A program made the position numbers and the translations under genes. From an uncultured Eubacteriales bacterium (lineage in GTDB: Bacteria > Bacillota > Peptococcia > Peptococcales > SKKY01), in NCBI GenBank assembly GCA_964642925.1, contig CAZXPJ010000002.1, forward strand, positions 80,494 to 144,493: a stretch of 64,000 nt of DNA. Reading direction: 5' to 3'. Numbering within the stretch: the stretch's first letter is position 1; each line of letters begins with the position of its first letter. Below the pieces are notes generated by a model that saw only the letters and a program-made list of their open reading frames with translations, searched no databases and had not been told where the DNA came from. This document shows, piece by piece, positions 9,988 to 20,335 of the stretch.

Positions 9988-10875
9988 ATGGCTAAAAAAG
10001 AAATTCTAGTAAGTTATGGTGTAGACATTGATGCAGTAGCAGGTTGGCTTGGATCTTATGGTGGTGAAGATTCTCCAGATGATATTTCTAGAGGTATGTT
10101 TGCTGGTGAAGTTGGAATCCCCCGTCTATTAAAATTATTTAAGAAATATAACATAAAAGCTACCTGGTTTGCCCCAGGACATTCTATTGAAACTTTCCCA
10201 GAGGAAATGAAAATGATCGTTGATGCTGGCCATGAAGTTGGGGCTCATGGATATTCCCATGAGAATCCTTTAGCAATGTCTCCAAAGCAAGAGGAAGATG
10301 TTCTTATTAAGTCTATTGAATTAATTAAGGAATTAACAGGTAAAAAACCTACAGGCTATGTAGCTCCATGGTGGGAATATTCCCATGTAACTGCTGAACT
10401 TTTACTTAAGCATGGTATTAAATATGACCATAGCTTGATGCATAGGGATTGCACACCTTATTATGTTAGAACAGGAGATACTTGGACAAAAATTGATTAT
10501 GACAAGGAAGCTGCAGAATGGATGAAACCATTAATTCGCGGAGAGGAAACAGATTTAATTCAGATCCCAGCTAACTGGTATCTAGACGATCTACCTCCAA
10601 TGATGTTTGTTAAAACATCCCCCAATTCTTATGGATTTGCAAATCCAAGAGACATTATTAATGGTCTTTATCAAGATACTTTTGATTATATTTACCGTGA
10701 AAACGACTATGCAGTTTTCCCAATGACTATTCATCCAGATGTTAGTGGTAGACCTCACGTGTTATTAGCCCATGAAAGATTAATTGAACATATTAATAAA
10801 CACGAAGGTGTTCGCTGGGTTACTATGGATGAAATTGCAGATGATTTTGCCAAACGTTTTCCAAGAAAGAAATAA
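9988..10875 (+). CDS. polysaccharide deacetylase (CE4 / PuuE-like) family hydrolase
   Basis: 295 aa. Contains CE4-like motifs ([28 protein letters not shown]) and has no signal peptide. Confidence 0.7.
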   Translation: MAKKEILVSYGVDIDAVAGWLGSYGGEDSPDDISRGMFAGEVGIPRLLKLFKKYNIKATWFAPGHSIETFPEEMKMIVDAGHEVGAHGYSHENPLAMSPKQEEDVLIKSIELIKELTGKKPTGYVAPWWEYSHVTAELLLKHGIKYDHSLMHRDCTPYYVRTGDTWTKIDYDKEAAEWMKPLIRGEETDLIQIPANWYLDDLPPMMFVKTSPNSYGFANPRDIINGLYQDTFDYIYRENDYAVFPMTIHPDVSGRPHVLLAHERLIEHINKHEGVRWVTMDEIADDFAKRFPRKK

Positions 10876-10896
10876 GTAAAAGAATATAATAAAAGA

Positions 10897-10930
10897 GCAT
10901 ATCTTGATTTAAATCAAGGTATGCTTTTTT
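10897..10930 (+). terminator. terminator after the deacetylase gene
   Basis: GCATATCTTGA-TTTAAA-TCAAGGTATGC stem followed by TTTTTT. Confidence 0.75.
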
Positions 10931-10951
10931 AATAGGAGAGGAGGTATAATT

Positions 10952-11410
10952 ATGCAGAAGTTACCTATTTCTATATCAGTTGGTTTATTAGCTGGTATAT
11001 GGACATATATTTCAGCTATAACAGGTATATTAACATGGCCTGCCTTTGCAGGTTGGGCAGTTTATTTTTTTACTGGAGGGGATATGAAAGGTATTAAAGA
11101 GTCAGTTCCTCCAGCTTTAGTAGGATTAGTTCTAGGCTATATATCAGTTTATATTAATAGCAATTATTGGAATGGTGTTTTAGCCTTATCCGTTCTTGTT
11201 GTAATTATTGCTTTTATTATGACTTATTTAATGAATTATCCTTTATTTGCATTAGCTCCCGCAGCATTTTTAGGTGCTGCAGTATATTTTGGGGCTGGAG
11301 GTTTAGTTGCGGCATCAGTTCCATTCTTTATAGGTTTAATTATTTTAGGTCTACTTTCTACAAGTCTAGGGGGTATAATTGAGAATATGATTGGAGGGAA
11401 AAGTCAGTGA
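10952..11410 (+). CDS. DUF1097 (YcdZ-like) inner-membrane protein
   Basis: 152 aa with 4-5 TM segments. The N-terminus ISISVGLLAGIWTYISAITGILTWPAFAGWAVYFFTGGDMKGI parallels E. coli YcdZ as I recall it. Confidence 0.6.
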   Translation: MQKLPISISVGLLAGIWTYISAITGILTWPAFAGWAVYFFTGGDMKGIKESVPPALVGLVLGYISVYINSNYWNGVLALSVLVVIIAFIMTYLMNYPLFALAPAAFLGAAVYFGAGGLVAASVPFFIGLIILGLLSTSLGGIIENMIGGKSQ

Positions 11411-12384
11411 AAAAAGATAAAGTTATTGTGATATCAACGGGTGGAACCATAGCCATGAGATATGATCCAATTCGAAAAGCAGTTTTTCCTGCTGTTACTG
11501 GCAAGGAATTATTAGAGGCAGTTCCTCCCCTTGCTGATCTTTGTCCAGTGGAAGTATATGAATTTTCTAATGTTCCCAGTTCCCATATGAATCCTCAATT
11601 AATGTTAAAATTAGCTTTGAAAGTTGAGGAATTATTAGCAGAAGATAATGTTCTAGGGGCGGTTATAACCCATGGTACGGACACTTTGGAGGAGACAGCT
11701 TATTTTTTAAATTTAGTTTTAAAAACTCAAAAACCTATCTGTGTGGTTGGAGCTATGCGTAGTTCCGCTGAAATAAGCCCAGACGGTCCTAAAAATATTT
11801 TTAATGCTGTCAAAACCGCTGCTAGCTCTGATGCTAGAAGTAAGGGGGTTTTAGTTGTCTTGAATGATGAAATTCATTCAGCTGTGGAAGTTACTAAAAC
11901 TAGTTCTTCTAATGTCAGCACCTTTAAGTCTCCATTTTGGGGCCCCTTAGGTTATGTTGATGATGATCGGGTTATTTTTCGTAGATCACCCATATCCTTA
12001 CAGAGAATAGATACAAAGGAAGTAATCGAAGATGTATACCTGGTAAAATTAGCAGCTGGAACGGATGATTTTATAATCCAAGCCCTAGTGGATAAAAAAG
12101 TAAAAGGTATAGTTATTGAGGGTATGGGTAGAGGAAATATTCCCCCTAAAGTAGTGCCAGGAATTGAAAAAGCTATTAAGGGAAATATCCCTGTTGTTCT
12201 TACAACGAGATGTCTTACAGGAAGGGTTTTAGGTGTTTATGGTTATGAAGGTGCCGCTAAACCCTTAAGTGAAATGGGCGTTATTCTTGGTGGAGATTTA
12301 AGTGGACAGAAAGCAAGGATAAAGCTTATGTTGGCTTTGAGTAAAACAAAGGATCCTAAAGAACTAGCAAAATATTTTGATTAA
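11407..12384 (+). CDS. L-asparaginase (type I-like)
   Basis: 325 aa. Contains TGGTIAM and HGTDTLEETA catalytic motifs. The GTG start overlaps the upstream stop codon (GTGA). Confidence 0.85.
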   Translation: MKKDKVIVISTGGTIAMRYDPIRKAVFPAVTGKELLEAVPPLADLCPVEVYEFSNVPSSHMNPQLMLKLALKVEELLAEDNVLGAVITHGTDTLEETAYFLNLVLKTQKPICVVGAMRSSAEISPDGPKNIFNAVKTAASSDARSKGVLVVLNDEIHSAVEVTKTSSSNVSTFKSPFWGPLGYVDDDRVIFRRSPISLQRIDTKEVIEDVYLVKLAAGTDDFIIQALVDKKVKGIVIEGMGRGNIPPKVVPGIEKAIKGNIPVVLTTRCLTGRVLGVYGYEGAAKPLSEMGVILGGDLSGQKARIKLMLALSKTKDPKELAKYFD

Positions 12385-13307
12385 TTCTTTAGAATATCTT
12401 CTAGTGCTTGATAAACATAAGGGTATTTAAATTCAAATCCTTTATCTAATAGTTTAAAGGGAATAGCTCTTTGTCCCGTGGTAATAGTTTTTGCTACTTC
12501 ACCCATAAGGAGATCTAAAGCAAAGCCAGGGGTTCTTATTATTGCTGGTTTTCTTAAGACTTTACCAAGACTTCGAGAAAATTCTTTCATATTAACCGGG
12601 TTAGGAGCTGTTCCATTAACTCCTCCCCGGATTTCTTTATTTTCCAGAGCAAATAAATAGGCTTCTGCTATATCTTCTAAATGAATCCAAGAAAAATATT
12701 GTCTTCCATCTCCTAATGGGCCCCCTGCTCCAAAAGAGTAAGGAATCATCATTTTCTTAAGAGCTCCAGCATTTTTTCCTAGAACAATACCTGTTCTTAT
12801 AAGCACTACCCTTGCTCCAAAATCTTCTCCTTTTAACGCCTCTCTTTCCCATCTTTGGCAAACTTTAGCTAAAAAATCATCACCAGGATGATCTGACTCC
12901 CTGAGTTTTTCGGTGCCTTTGTCCCCATAATAACCCACTGCTGAAGCACTTACTAAAACTCTTTTTTTACCATCTTTTACTTTTTCAAGACCCCGAACTA
13001 TTTGACGTGTTATAGCTATCCGACTTGAGAGAATTTTCTTTTTCTTTGCCTTTGACCAACGGAGAGAAAAAATAGGTTCTCCCGCCATATTAATTATTCC
13101 CCAAGAATTAGCAATGAGATCCTCAGGGATTTCATCTCCTAGACCATATCCGTAAGGAAGGAATTCTATTCCTTTTAGATTATATAGTTCTTCTTTTATT
13201 ATTTCATTTTCTCTTACAAGGACAACAGCTTCCATGTCTCTTTGAGAAATTTTCTTTAATATTTCAGAGCCAATAAAGCCTGTTCCACCAGTAATAAGTA
13301 ATTTCAT
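12381..13307 (-). CDS. TIGR01777 (YfcH-like) NAD-dependent epimerase/dehydratase family protein
   Basis: Begins MKLLITGGTGFIGSEI and has a DUF1731-like C-terminal end. GAGGTG RBS lies 7 nt upstream of the internal ATG at 13307; the ORF-track start is 13322. Confidence 0.8.
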   Translation of the reverse strand: MKLLITGGTGFIGSEILKKISQRDMEAVVLVRENEIIKEELYNLKGIEFLPYGYGLGDEIPEDLIANSWGIINMAGEPIFSLRWSKAKKKKILSSRIAITRQIVRGLEKVKDGKKRVLVSASAVGYYGDKGTEKLRESDHPGDDFLAKVCQRWEREALKGEDFGARVVLIRTGIVLGKNAGALKKMMIPYSFGAGGPLGDGRQYFSWIHLEDIAEAYLFALENKEIRGGVNGTAPNPVNMKEFSRSLGKVLRKPAIIRTPGFALDLLMGEVAKTITTGQRAIPFKLLDKGFEFKYPYVYQALEDILKN

Positions 13308-13411
13308 TATATTACACCTCATATTTAAATTATGTTATAGAATATACCCCATTTTATGATAAAATGAAACAAACACCTTAGGAATACTACAAACTGAAAA
13401 GAGGAAAATTA

Positions 13412-13798
13412 ATGAATTTAGAGAACATTCTAAAAGTAGGCATGAAAAATGAGAGAGAATTTACTGTATCTTATGAGGATACTGCAGAATATATTGGCAA
13501 TCCAGGAGTGAAAATGTTATCTACTCCTGCCATGATGAAGTATATGGAATTAACATCTGGGGATATTGTTTTTCCTCATTTACCCACAACCCATAATCCA
13601 GTAGGGACCATGGTTTGCATCAAACACCTAGCTTCAACACCAGTTGATGCTAAAGTCCTTGTGAAATCAACATTATCAGAGATAGATAGAAAAAGACTCA
13701 CCTTCCAAGTAGAGGCTTATTACGGGGAAATACTTGTTGGATCAGGCTCCTATGAGCAATTTATTGTAGAATTAGAGAATTTCATGAAAAAACAATAG
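13412..13798 (+). CDS. hotdog-fold thioesterase family protein
   Basis: 128 aa. The pattern F.V...D.........MLSTP.M...ME is typical of the small FlK-like thioesterase family. Confidence 0.6.
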   Translation: MNLENILKVGMKNEREFTVSYEDTAEYIGNPGVKMLSTPAMMKYMELTSGDIVFPHLPTTHNPVGTMVCIKHLASTPVDAKVLVKSTLSEIDRKRLTFQVEAYYGEILVGSGSYEQFIVELENFMKKQ

Positions 13799-14052
13799 CC
13801 AAAATAGTGTTTTTATAATACAATAGTCATCATAATTAAATAATTAGTGATAATTATTAAAAATCATTTTTGTAGGATGGGTAAGATGGTAGGTGCATTT
13901 CTCAATGGGGAGAAGAAGCAAATGATTTTAATAACCTAATATACCTATATCCTTATTTAAGTAAAAATGAAGAATAAACTAATTATCTCCTTCTAGGATT
14001 TTTTCCTGAGGAGTTTTTTTAATACCCAAAATTATATAAAGGTGGATCATCA

Positions 14053-15132
14053 ATGAAAAAGAAATCGATAAAAATTATCTTTATCATCCTAGTTTCTTTG
14101 GCTCTTATTTTAAGTGGATGTTCTCCTAAAGATGAATTGGATGAAAAAGGAAAAAAGCTAAAGCTAAATTTTGCAACCTTTTGGCCTGGTGAAAATTTTT
14201 ATGTTACAGAAGGACATAACTTATGGATTAAAACAATTAAAGAAAGAGTAGAAAAGGAAACTAGTCATACTCTAGATGTTCGGCTTTTCCCAGGGGGGGT
14301 TCTTCTTGGAGCTACAGAAATTTATGAAGGGGTTGTAAGTGGGGCTGCGGATGTAGGTTCCACATGTCCCTCCTATACACCAGGAGCTTTTCCTGCCACT
14401 ACTGCCTTGGAACTTCCAGGCTTTAAAAATGACAATGCAATAGTTTCTTCTATGACAGTGGAAGAAGCCTATCGAAATATAGAGGCTATAAATAAGGAAT
14501 ATAAGGATGTTAAGGTAATGCTTTTTTGGGCTACTGGCCCTGGAGATTTATTTACCCAAAGTCCTGTAAGAAATTTGGAAGATCTAAAGGGAATGGAGAT
14601 AAGAGTAGCTGCAGGTTCTGTACCTGCTCTTCAAGCCCTAGGAGGAACACCTGTTACAATGCCTATGGGTGAATCTTATTTAGCTCTTAACCAAGGAATA
14701 GTAAAAGGAATTTTAGGTCCTGCTGAAATTATGAAGGGTTTTAGATTAGCAGAGGTTACTAATTCAATTACTAAAACTCCTTTTTTATATAACACAGTTT
14801 TTGTTAAAGTTATGAATCTAAAAACCTGGAATTCTCTTCCAGTAGAGGTCCAAGAAATTATTGAGGAAGTAAATGCAGAATTTGTAATTAAATATGCGGA
14901 GCTAGGAAAAAAAGAATCGGAATTAGGAGAAAGCCTAGCTCTTAATGATTATAATCATGAATTAATAAATCTGTCTGAGGAAGAGAAGGCTAGATGGATC
15001 ACGTCCCTTCTTTCTGTTCAGGAGAATTGGGTTCAGCAATTGGAAGCAAAGAATCTTCCAGGAGGGGATATATTGGAGAAGGTAAAAGAAATAGATGGTA
15101 AATGTTCGAAAATTTATGGGAGTGAAAAATAG
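14053..15132 (+). CDS. TRAP transporter substrate-binding lipoprotein (DctP family)
   Basis: 359 aa. Has signal peptide and lipobox LSGC. It is followed directly by TRAP small and large permease genes. Confidence 0.75.
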   Translation: MKKKSIKIIFIILVSLALILSGCSPKDELDEKGKKLKLNFATFWPGENFYVTEGHNLWIKTIKERVEKETSHTLDVRLFPGGVLLGATEIYEGVVSGAADVGSTCPSYTPGAFPATTALELPGFKNDNAIVSSMTVEEAYRNIEAINKEYKDVKVMLFWATGPGDLFTQSPVRNLEDLKGMEIRVAAGSVPALQALGGTPVTMPMGESYLALNQGIVKGILGPAEIMKGFRLAEVTNSITKTPFLYNTVFVKVMNLKTWNSLPVEVQEIIEEVNAEFVIKYAELGKKESELGESLALNDYNHELINLSEEEKARWITSLLSVQENWVQQLEAKNLPGGDILEKVKEIDGKCSKIYGSEK

Positions 15133-15627
15133 ATGAAAGACTTGGATAGATTTATCGGAAGAATATCCTCTGGATTTTCCTTAATAGGACAAGTGACCCT
15201 GGTAGGAATAATGCTTTTAATAATTGCTAATATAGTACTCAGGCGTTTTGCCGCATCCATTCCTGGGACAGTGGAAATGGTGGAGTTAGGTGGAGCTTTA
15301 ATTTTAGCTTCTAGTGTTGCCTATTGTTTATATAGCGGTGGACATATTTTTGTAGATGTACTTGTTCAGAGACTTTCTGTAAAAAAACAAAATGGGATAG
15401 ATATTATTACTAGTTTATTTATGTTTGTCCTTAATTCTATTCTTAGCTGGCAATCTTTTGTTTATGGAATGAGAATGAATGAGAGAGGTTTTGTAACTGG
15501 GCAATTGGAACTTCCTATAGCTCCAATTGTATATGTAATGGGTTTAGGTTTTTTCTTGATGGTCTTAATAAATATAACTCATATATATAATTCGGGAAAA
15601 ATACTAATTAAAGGAGGAAAAAAATGA
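15133..15627 (+). CDS. TRAP transporter small permease (DctQ family)
   Basis: 164 aa with 4 TM segments. The start abuts the upstream stop codon, and the gene overlaps the dctM-like gene by 4 nt. Confidence 0.75.
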   Translation: MKDLDRFIGRISSGFSLIGQVTLVGIMLLIIANIVLRRFAASIPGTVEMVELGGALILASSVAYCLYSGGHIFVDVLVQRLSVKKQNGIDIITSLFMFVLNSILSWQSFVYGMRMNERGFVTGQLELPIAPIVYVMGLGFFLMVLINITHIYNSGKILIKGGKK

Positions 15628-16925
15628 ATCCTGTGATTCTAGCCTTTATTTCCGTACTTTTACTGTTTATTTTAATATTTACCAGAATGCCAGTAGCCTT
15701 TGTTATGCTCCTTATCGGAATGGGGGGCTATGCTATCGTAGTTTCTCCTCAAGCAGCTTTTACAATAACAGTACAAACTTTGTATTCTAATTTTTCTTCC
15801 TATTCTCTTATTGTGGTACCTCTTTTTGTTTGGATGGGTTTTATAGCTTTTTACTCTGGTCTAAGTACAAAAATATTTGAGGCTACTTATAAAATAGTTG
15901 GAGATCTTCCTGGTGGCTTGGCTATTGCTACTGTAGTAGCTTGTACTGCTTTTGGAGCAATCTGCGGTTCAACTACTGCAACAGCAGCTACTATGAGTTC
16001 TGTAGCTTTACCAGAGATGAATAAATATAATTATAAGAGGTCTTTTTCTACAGCCACAATCGCAGCTTCAGCAATTATTGGAGTAATGGTTCCACCTAGT
16101 GTAATATTTATCCTTTATGGAGTATCCACCGGGGAATCTATTGCCGCCTTATTTATGGCTGGAGTAATACCAGGATTATTGTTAATGACAGTTTTTATGC
16201 TAATAGCTTGGTTCCTTGCTTTTAAAAATCCTGAAATAGCTCCTGCTGGGCCTTCAGTTCCTGTAACTGAAAAACTTAAAGCCATTTTTTCAGCAGGAAT
16301 GGAAGTCATCGTAATTTTCTTAGCAGTTATGGGTGGCCTGTTTGCTGGTTGGTTTACACCAACTGAGGCGGGAGCTGTGGGAGTTTTTGCAACACTGGCC
16401 GTTACAGTTCTCCGTAAAAGCCTAACCTGGGAGGGATTTAGAAAATCTTTATCTGCCTCAGTTAATTTATCAGCGATGATTTTATTCTTGGTGGCAGCAG
16501 CTTTTGTTTATAGCAAGTTCTTAGCTGTGACAGGACTTCCTATAGCTATGGCACAAATGGCTATTTCCACCACACTTCCTCCGGTTATGGTTCTCACGCT
16601 GATTTTATTTATTTATTTTTTATTAGGGCTTTTTATAGATAGCTTGGCTTTAGTTCTAATGACAACACCTATTTTTTATCCAATTATTCTTCAATTAGGA
16701 TTTGACCCTATTTGGTTTGGGGTAATCGTAGTTTTAGCCCTGGGAATGGGTGTAATAACTCCTCCTGTAGGAGCAAATGTTTATGTAGTTGCAGGAGTAG
16801 CAAAGGATATGAATGTAATGGAAATTTTTAGTGGCGTATGGCCCTATTTAATCGGAATTATTTTTTGTCTAATATTATTAATAATTTTTCCTGGGATAGC
16901 ACTCTTTCTTCCAGGGCTAATATAA
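15624..16925 (+). CDS. TRAP transporter large permease (DctM family)
   Basis: 433 aa polytopic membrane protein, typical of DctM in length and sequence. Confidence 0.85.
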   Translation: MNPVILAFISVLLLFILIFTRMPVAFVMLLIGMGGYAIVVSPQAAFTITVQTLYSNFSSYSLIVVPLFVWMGFIAFYSGLSTKIFEATYKIVGDLPGGLAIATVVACTAFGAICGSTTATAATMSSVALPEMNKYNYKRSFSTATIAASAIIGVMVPPSVIFILYGVSTGESIAALFMAGVIPGLLLMTVFMLIAWFLAFKNPEIAPAGPSVPVTEKLKAIFSAGMEVIVIFLAVMGGLFAGWFTPTEAGAVGVFATLAVTVLRKSLTWEGFRKSLSASVNLSAMILFLVAAAFVYSKFLAVTGLPIAMAQMAISTTLPPVMVLTLILFIYFLLGLFIDSLALVLMTTPIFYPIILQLGFDPIWFGVIVVLALGMGVITPPVGANVYVVAGVAKDMNVMEIFSGVWPYLIGIIFCLILLIIFPGIALFLPGLI

Positions 16926-16936
16926 AGGAGAGAATT

Positions 16937-18571
16937 ATGATTATTACAGATATATTAATAAAAAATGCTAAAGAATTTCCTCAGGATATTAGCCTAGTTG
17001 AAATTAACCCAGAAGTCCTGGAGAAAAGAGAAAAAGAATGGAAAGAGTTTGATCTTGTAGAAACAGGAAATGTAGCTCAGCATCGGAGGGAAATAACTTG
17101 GAAGGAATTTAATGATGATGCTAACAAGTTTGCCAAGATGCTTATGGATCAAGGAATTAAAAAAGGTGATAAAGTAGCTATTCTTTTAATGAACTGTCTA
17201 GAGTGGCTACCGGTTTATTTTGGGATCTTAAAAACAGGAGCCCTGGTTGTTCCAATGAATTTTCGCTATACCTCGGAGGAAATTAAATATTGTTTAAATC
17301 TTGCGGAAGCAGATGCCTTAGTTTTTGGAGAAGAATTTACCCAAAGGGTAGAAAAAATTAAAGACTGTACTCCAAAAGTAAAATCTTTAGTTTTTGTTGG
17401 AGAAAATTGTCCCAATTTTTCTCTATGTTATGATAAAATGATTGTTAATTATCAAGGTGATGAGCCAGAAGTAGATATTAGTCCTGAAGATGATGGAGCA
17501 ATCTACTTTTCATCAGGAACTACTGGATTTCCTAAGGGAATTCTCCACACTCATAGTAGTTTACTTTCTGCTTGTTACACAGAGAACAAGCATCATAGCC
17601 AAACAAAAGAGGATATTTTCCTTTGCATTCCACCCCTTTACCATACAGGGGCTAAAATGCATTGGTTTGGAAGTTTTTTAGTAGGGGGAAAAGGTATTCT
17701 TTTAAAGGGTGTTAAGCCTGAATGGATAATTAAAACTGCAGCAGAAGAAAAGGCAAGCATTGTCTGGCTTTTAGTTCCTTGGGCTCAGGATATTCTTGAT
17801 GAAATAGATAGAAAAAACATTAAAATAGAAGACTATGATCTAAGCAATTGGCGATTAATGCATATAGGCGCCCAACCGGTACCTCCTAGCTTAATTAGTC
17901 GTTGGACTAAAGTCTTTCCAAAGCATCAATATGATACAAATTATGGCTTAAGTGAATCCATTGGACCAGGATGTGTGCATCTTGGGGTAGAAAATATTCA
18001 CAAGGTGGGAGCTATTGGAAAAGCTGGTTATAAGTGGGAAGTTATTATAACTGACGAAAAAGGAAAACCCGTAACTCAAGGGGATGTTGGAGAACTAATG
18101 GTTAAAGGACCAGGAGTTATGAAATGCTATTACAATGACCCTAAGGCTACAGGTGAAGTTCTTTTTGGTGATTGGTTATTAACTGGAGATATGGCTAGGA
18201 TGGATGAGGATGGTTTTATCCATTTAGTTGATAGGAAAAAAGATGTTGTAATAAGTGGTGGAGAGAACATTTACCCAGTACAAATAGAAGATTTCCTAAG
18301 AAAACATAATTCTATTAAAGATGCGGCAGTTATAGGCTTATTTGATTCTCGTCTAGGGGAAATTGCAGCAGCTGTAGTTGAGATAAAAGAAGAAGCAAAA
18401 ATCACTAAAGAAGAGATCATGCTTTTTTGCGAAGACTTACCAAGATATAAAAGACCGAAAAAGATATTTTTTGATAAAATTCCTAGAAATCCAACAGGAA
18501 AAATCGAAAAATTAAAAATTAGAGAAAAATATTGTGCAGATAATCTGGTGGATATCCAGAATAAAATTTAA
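16937..18571 (+). CDS. AMP-forming acyl-CoA synthetase / ligase
   Basis: Contains the AMP-binding motif YFSSGTTGFPKG, GDMARMDEDGFIHLVDRKKD and the C-terminal PRNPTGKI. AAAGGAG RBS precedes the ATG at 16937. The ORF-track start at 16838 is an upstream extension overlapping dctM. Confidence 0.85.
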   Translation: MIITDILIKNAKEFPQDISLVEINPEVLEKREKEWKEFDLVETGNVAQHRREITWKEFNDDANKFAKMLMDQGIKKGDKVAILLMNCLEWLPVYFGILKTGALVVPMNFRYTSEEIKYCLNLAEADALVFGEEFTQRVEKIKDCTPKVKSLVFVGENCPNFSLCYDKMIVNYQGDEPEVDISPEDDGAIYFSSGTTGFPKGILHTHSSLLSACYTENKHHSQTKEDIFLCIPPLYHTGAKMHWFGSFLVGGKGILLKGVKPEWIIKTAAEEKASIVWLLVPWAQDILDEIDRKNIKIEDYDLSNWRLMHIGAQPVPPSLISRWTKVFPKHQYDTNYGLSESIGPGCVHLGVENIHKVGAIGKAGYKWEVIITDEKGKPVTQGDVGELMVKGPGVMKCYYNDPKATGEVLFGDWLLTGDMARMDEDGFIHLVDRKKDVVISGGENIYPVQIEDFLRKHNSIKDAAVIGLFDSRLGEIAAAVVEIKEEAKITKEEIMLFCEDLPRYKRPKKIFFDKIPRNPTGKIEKLKIREKYCADNLVDIQNKI

Positions 18572-18589
18572 ACCAGAAGGGACAGAGTC

Positions 18590-20335
18590 ATGAAAAAACT
18601 AATGATAGGTAATGAAGCAATTGCCCGAGGAGCTTATGAAGCTGGGGTTAGAGTTATTTCCTCTTATCCGGGAACCCCAAGTACAGAAATTACGGAAATT
18701 ATTTCTCAATACGATGAAATTTATTCTGAATGGGCACCTAATGAAAAAGTTGCCATGGAGGTAGCTATTGGAGCTTCTATTGGTGGAGCTAGGAGTATGT
18801 GCGCAATGAAACATGTAGGTCTTAATGTGGCTGCAGATCCATTGTTTACAGCTTCTTATACAGGAGTTAACGGTGGCCTTGTAATTGTTGTTGCCGATGA
18901 TCCTGGTATGCATAGTTCGCAAAATGAACAGGATTCAAGGCACTACGCTCGAGCTTCTAAAATTCCTATGCTTGAGCCAACAGATAGTCAAGAATGTTTA
19001 GACTTTGTAAAACTAGCCTTTTCTATAAGTGAAGAATTTGATACCCCTGTAATTATTAGACTTACTACCAGGGTATCTCATTCTCAGAGTGTTGTAGAAA
19101 CAGGAACAAGAGATCAAGTGCCTCTTAAAGATTATGTAAAAAATATAGGAAAATATGTAATGATGCCTGCTATGGCAAGAAAGAGACATCATTTTGTAAT
19201 AGAAAGAATGGAAAGACTAAGAGAGTACTCTAATAACTCAGGAATTAATAAAATAATAAATCCAGGGAGGAAAATAGGAGCTGTAACTTCTGGTATTTCC
19301 TATCAATATTCACAAGATGCCTTGGGAGATGAAGTAACCTACCTTAAAGTGGGAATGGTTTATCCTCTTCCAGATGAAATGTTCAAGGATTTTTATAATT
19401 CCGTGGATAAAGTATATGTCCTGGAAGAACTTGAGCCTTTTATGGAAGAAAGATTTAAGATTATAGGCCTTAATAATGTAATTGGAAAAGATATTTTCCC
19501 TGTATTTGGAGAATATAGTGTAGGAATGATTAAAGAGAAAATCCTGGGTATAAAAAATAAAGAAGAAGTAGAAATTGATGATAAAAATGTTCCCGTTAGA
19601 CCACCCGTATTATGTCCTGGTTGTCCTCACAGGGGAGCTTATTATGTACTAAATAAATTGAAGTTAAATGTAATGGGAGATATTGGTTGTTATACTTTAG
19701 GAGCCTTGGCTCCCCTTGAAGCTCTGGATACTACAGTTTGTATGGGTGCCAGTATAGGCATGGCCCATGGAATTGAAAAAGCTAGGGGCAAGGAATTCGC
19801 TAAGAAAACAGTAGCTGTGATTGGGGATTCAACTTTTATTCATTCAGGTATTACGGGATTGGCGGATATTGTTTATAATAAAGGTATCTCCACAGTAATA
19901 ATTCTTGATAATTCCATTACAGGAATGACAGGACACCAAGAAAACCCTACCACAGGGAAAACTTTAAAGGGAGAAGAGACCTCTAGTATTAATCTAGTTA
20001 AGTTGGTTCAAGCCCTAGGAGTTAAAAGAGTAACTGTTTGTGATCCTTATAATCATAAAGAATTTACGAAAATTGTAAAAGAAGAAATAAATGCTGAAGA
20101 ACCTTCAGTAATTATAGCTCAAAGACCTTGTGCTCTTTTGAAAAGTGTAAAAATACAGCCTGCTTACCATATAGATCAAGAAAAATGTAGATATTGCAAA
20201 ATGTGTTTAAAAATTGGTTGCCCTTCAATAATTGATCGGGGAGATACAGTGGAAATCAATGATGCATTATGTGTAGGATGTGGACTTTGTGCTTCCATTT
20301 GTCCTTTCGGAGCCATAGTTAGGGAGGAAGAATAA
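18590..20335 (+). CDS. iorA: indolepyruvate ferredoxin oxidoreductase subunit alpha
   Basis: 581 aa. Has a TPP-binding region and two C-terminal 4Fe-4S clusters (CRYCKMCLKIGCP, CVGCGLCASICP). It is followed by iorB. Confidence 0.88.
   Translation: MKKLMIGNEAIARGAYEAGVRVISSYPGTPSTEITEIISQYDEIYSEWAPNEKVAMEVAIGASIGGARSMCAMKHVGLNVAADPLFTASYTGVNGGLVIVVADDPGMHSSQNEQDSRHYARASKIPMLEPTDSQECLDFVKLAFSISEEFDTPVIIRLTTRVSHSQSVVETGTRDQVPLKDYVKNIGKYVMMPAMARKRHHFVIERMERLREYSNNSGINKIINPGRKIGAVTSGISYQYSQDALGDEVTYLKVGMVYPLPDEMFKDFYNSVDKVYVLEELEPFMEERFKIIGLNNVIGKDIFPVFGEYSVGMIKEKILGIKNKEEVEIDDKNVPVRPPVLCPGCPHRGAYYVLNKLKLNVMGDIGCYTLGALAPLEALDTTVCMGASIGMAHGIEKARGKEFAKKTVAVIGDSTFIHSGITGLADIVYNKGISTVIILDNSITGMTGHQENPTTGKTLKGEETSSINLVKLVQALGVKRVTVCDPYNHKEFTKIVKEEINAEEPSVIIAQRPCALLKSVKIQPAYHIDQEKCRYCKMCLKIGCPSIIDRGDTVEINDALCVGCGLCASICPFGAIVREEE

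Noticed and set aside
13870-14018. Possible leader peptide (MGKMVGAFLNGEKKQMILIT) and an imperfect hairpin upstream of the TRAP operon. I considered a riboswitch or attenuator.
   Set aside because: The hairpin is imperfect, the mini-ORF has no SD, and I recognise no riboswitch consensus. The support is not strong enough to call.
16838-16936. N-terminal 33-codon extension of the acyl-CoA synthetase ORF
   Set aside because: The extension overlaps the end of dctM and has no RBS. AAAGGAG followed by the ATG at 16937 gives the canonical MIITDIL... start.
18599-18922. 107-aa minus-strand ORF within iorA. Similar antisense or alternate-frame ORFs occur at 157-345, 785-1039, 2570-2824, 4645-4866, 6183-6380, 8452-8727, 8484-8666, 11167-11382, 12478-12660, 16115-16309, 17490-17681, 20176-20376, 27206-27397, 27849-28151, 29000-29212, 29258-29446, 30256-30558, 34440-34925, 37954-38275, 38643-38843, 41772-42002, 42537-42719, 42969-43397, 44146-44424, 45494-45736, 48169-48589, 53382-53588, 54083-54310, 54515-54733, 58541-59011, 61102-61347, 61914-62096, 62327-62536, 62624-62830 and 63614-63853.
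   Set aside because: All are nested in, or out of frame with, longer ORFs that carry clear family motifs. None has a convincing RBS or a recognisable domain.
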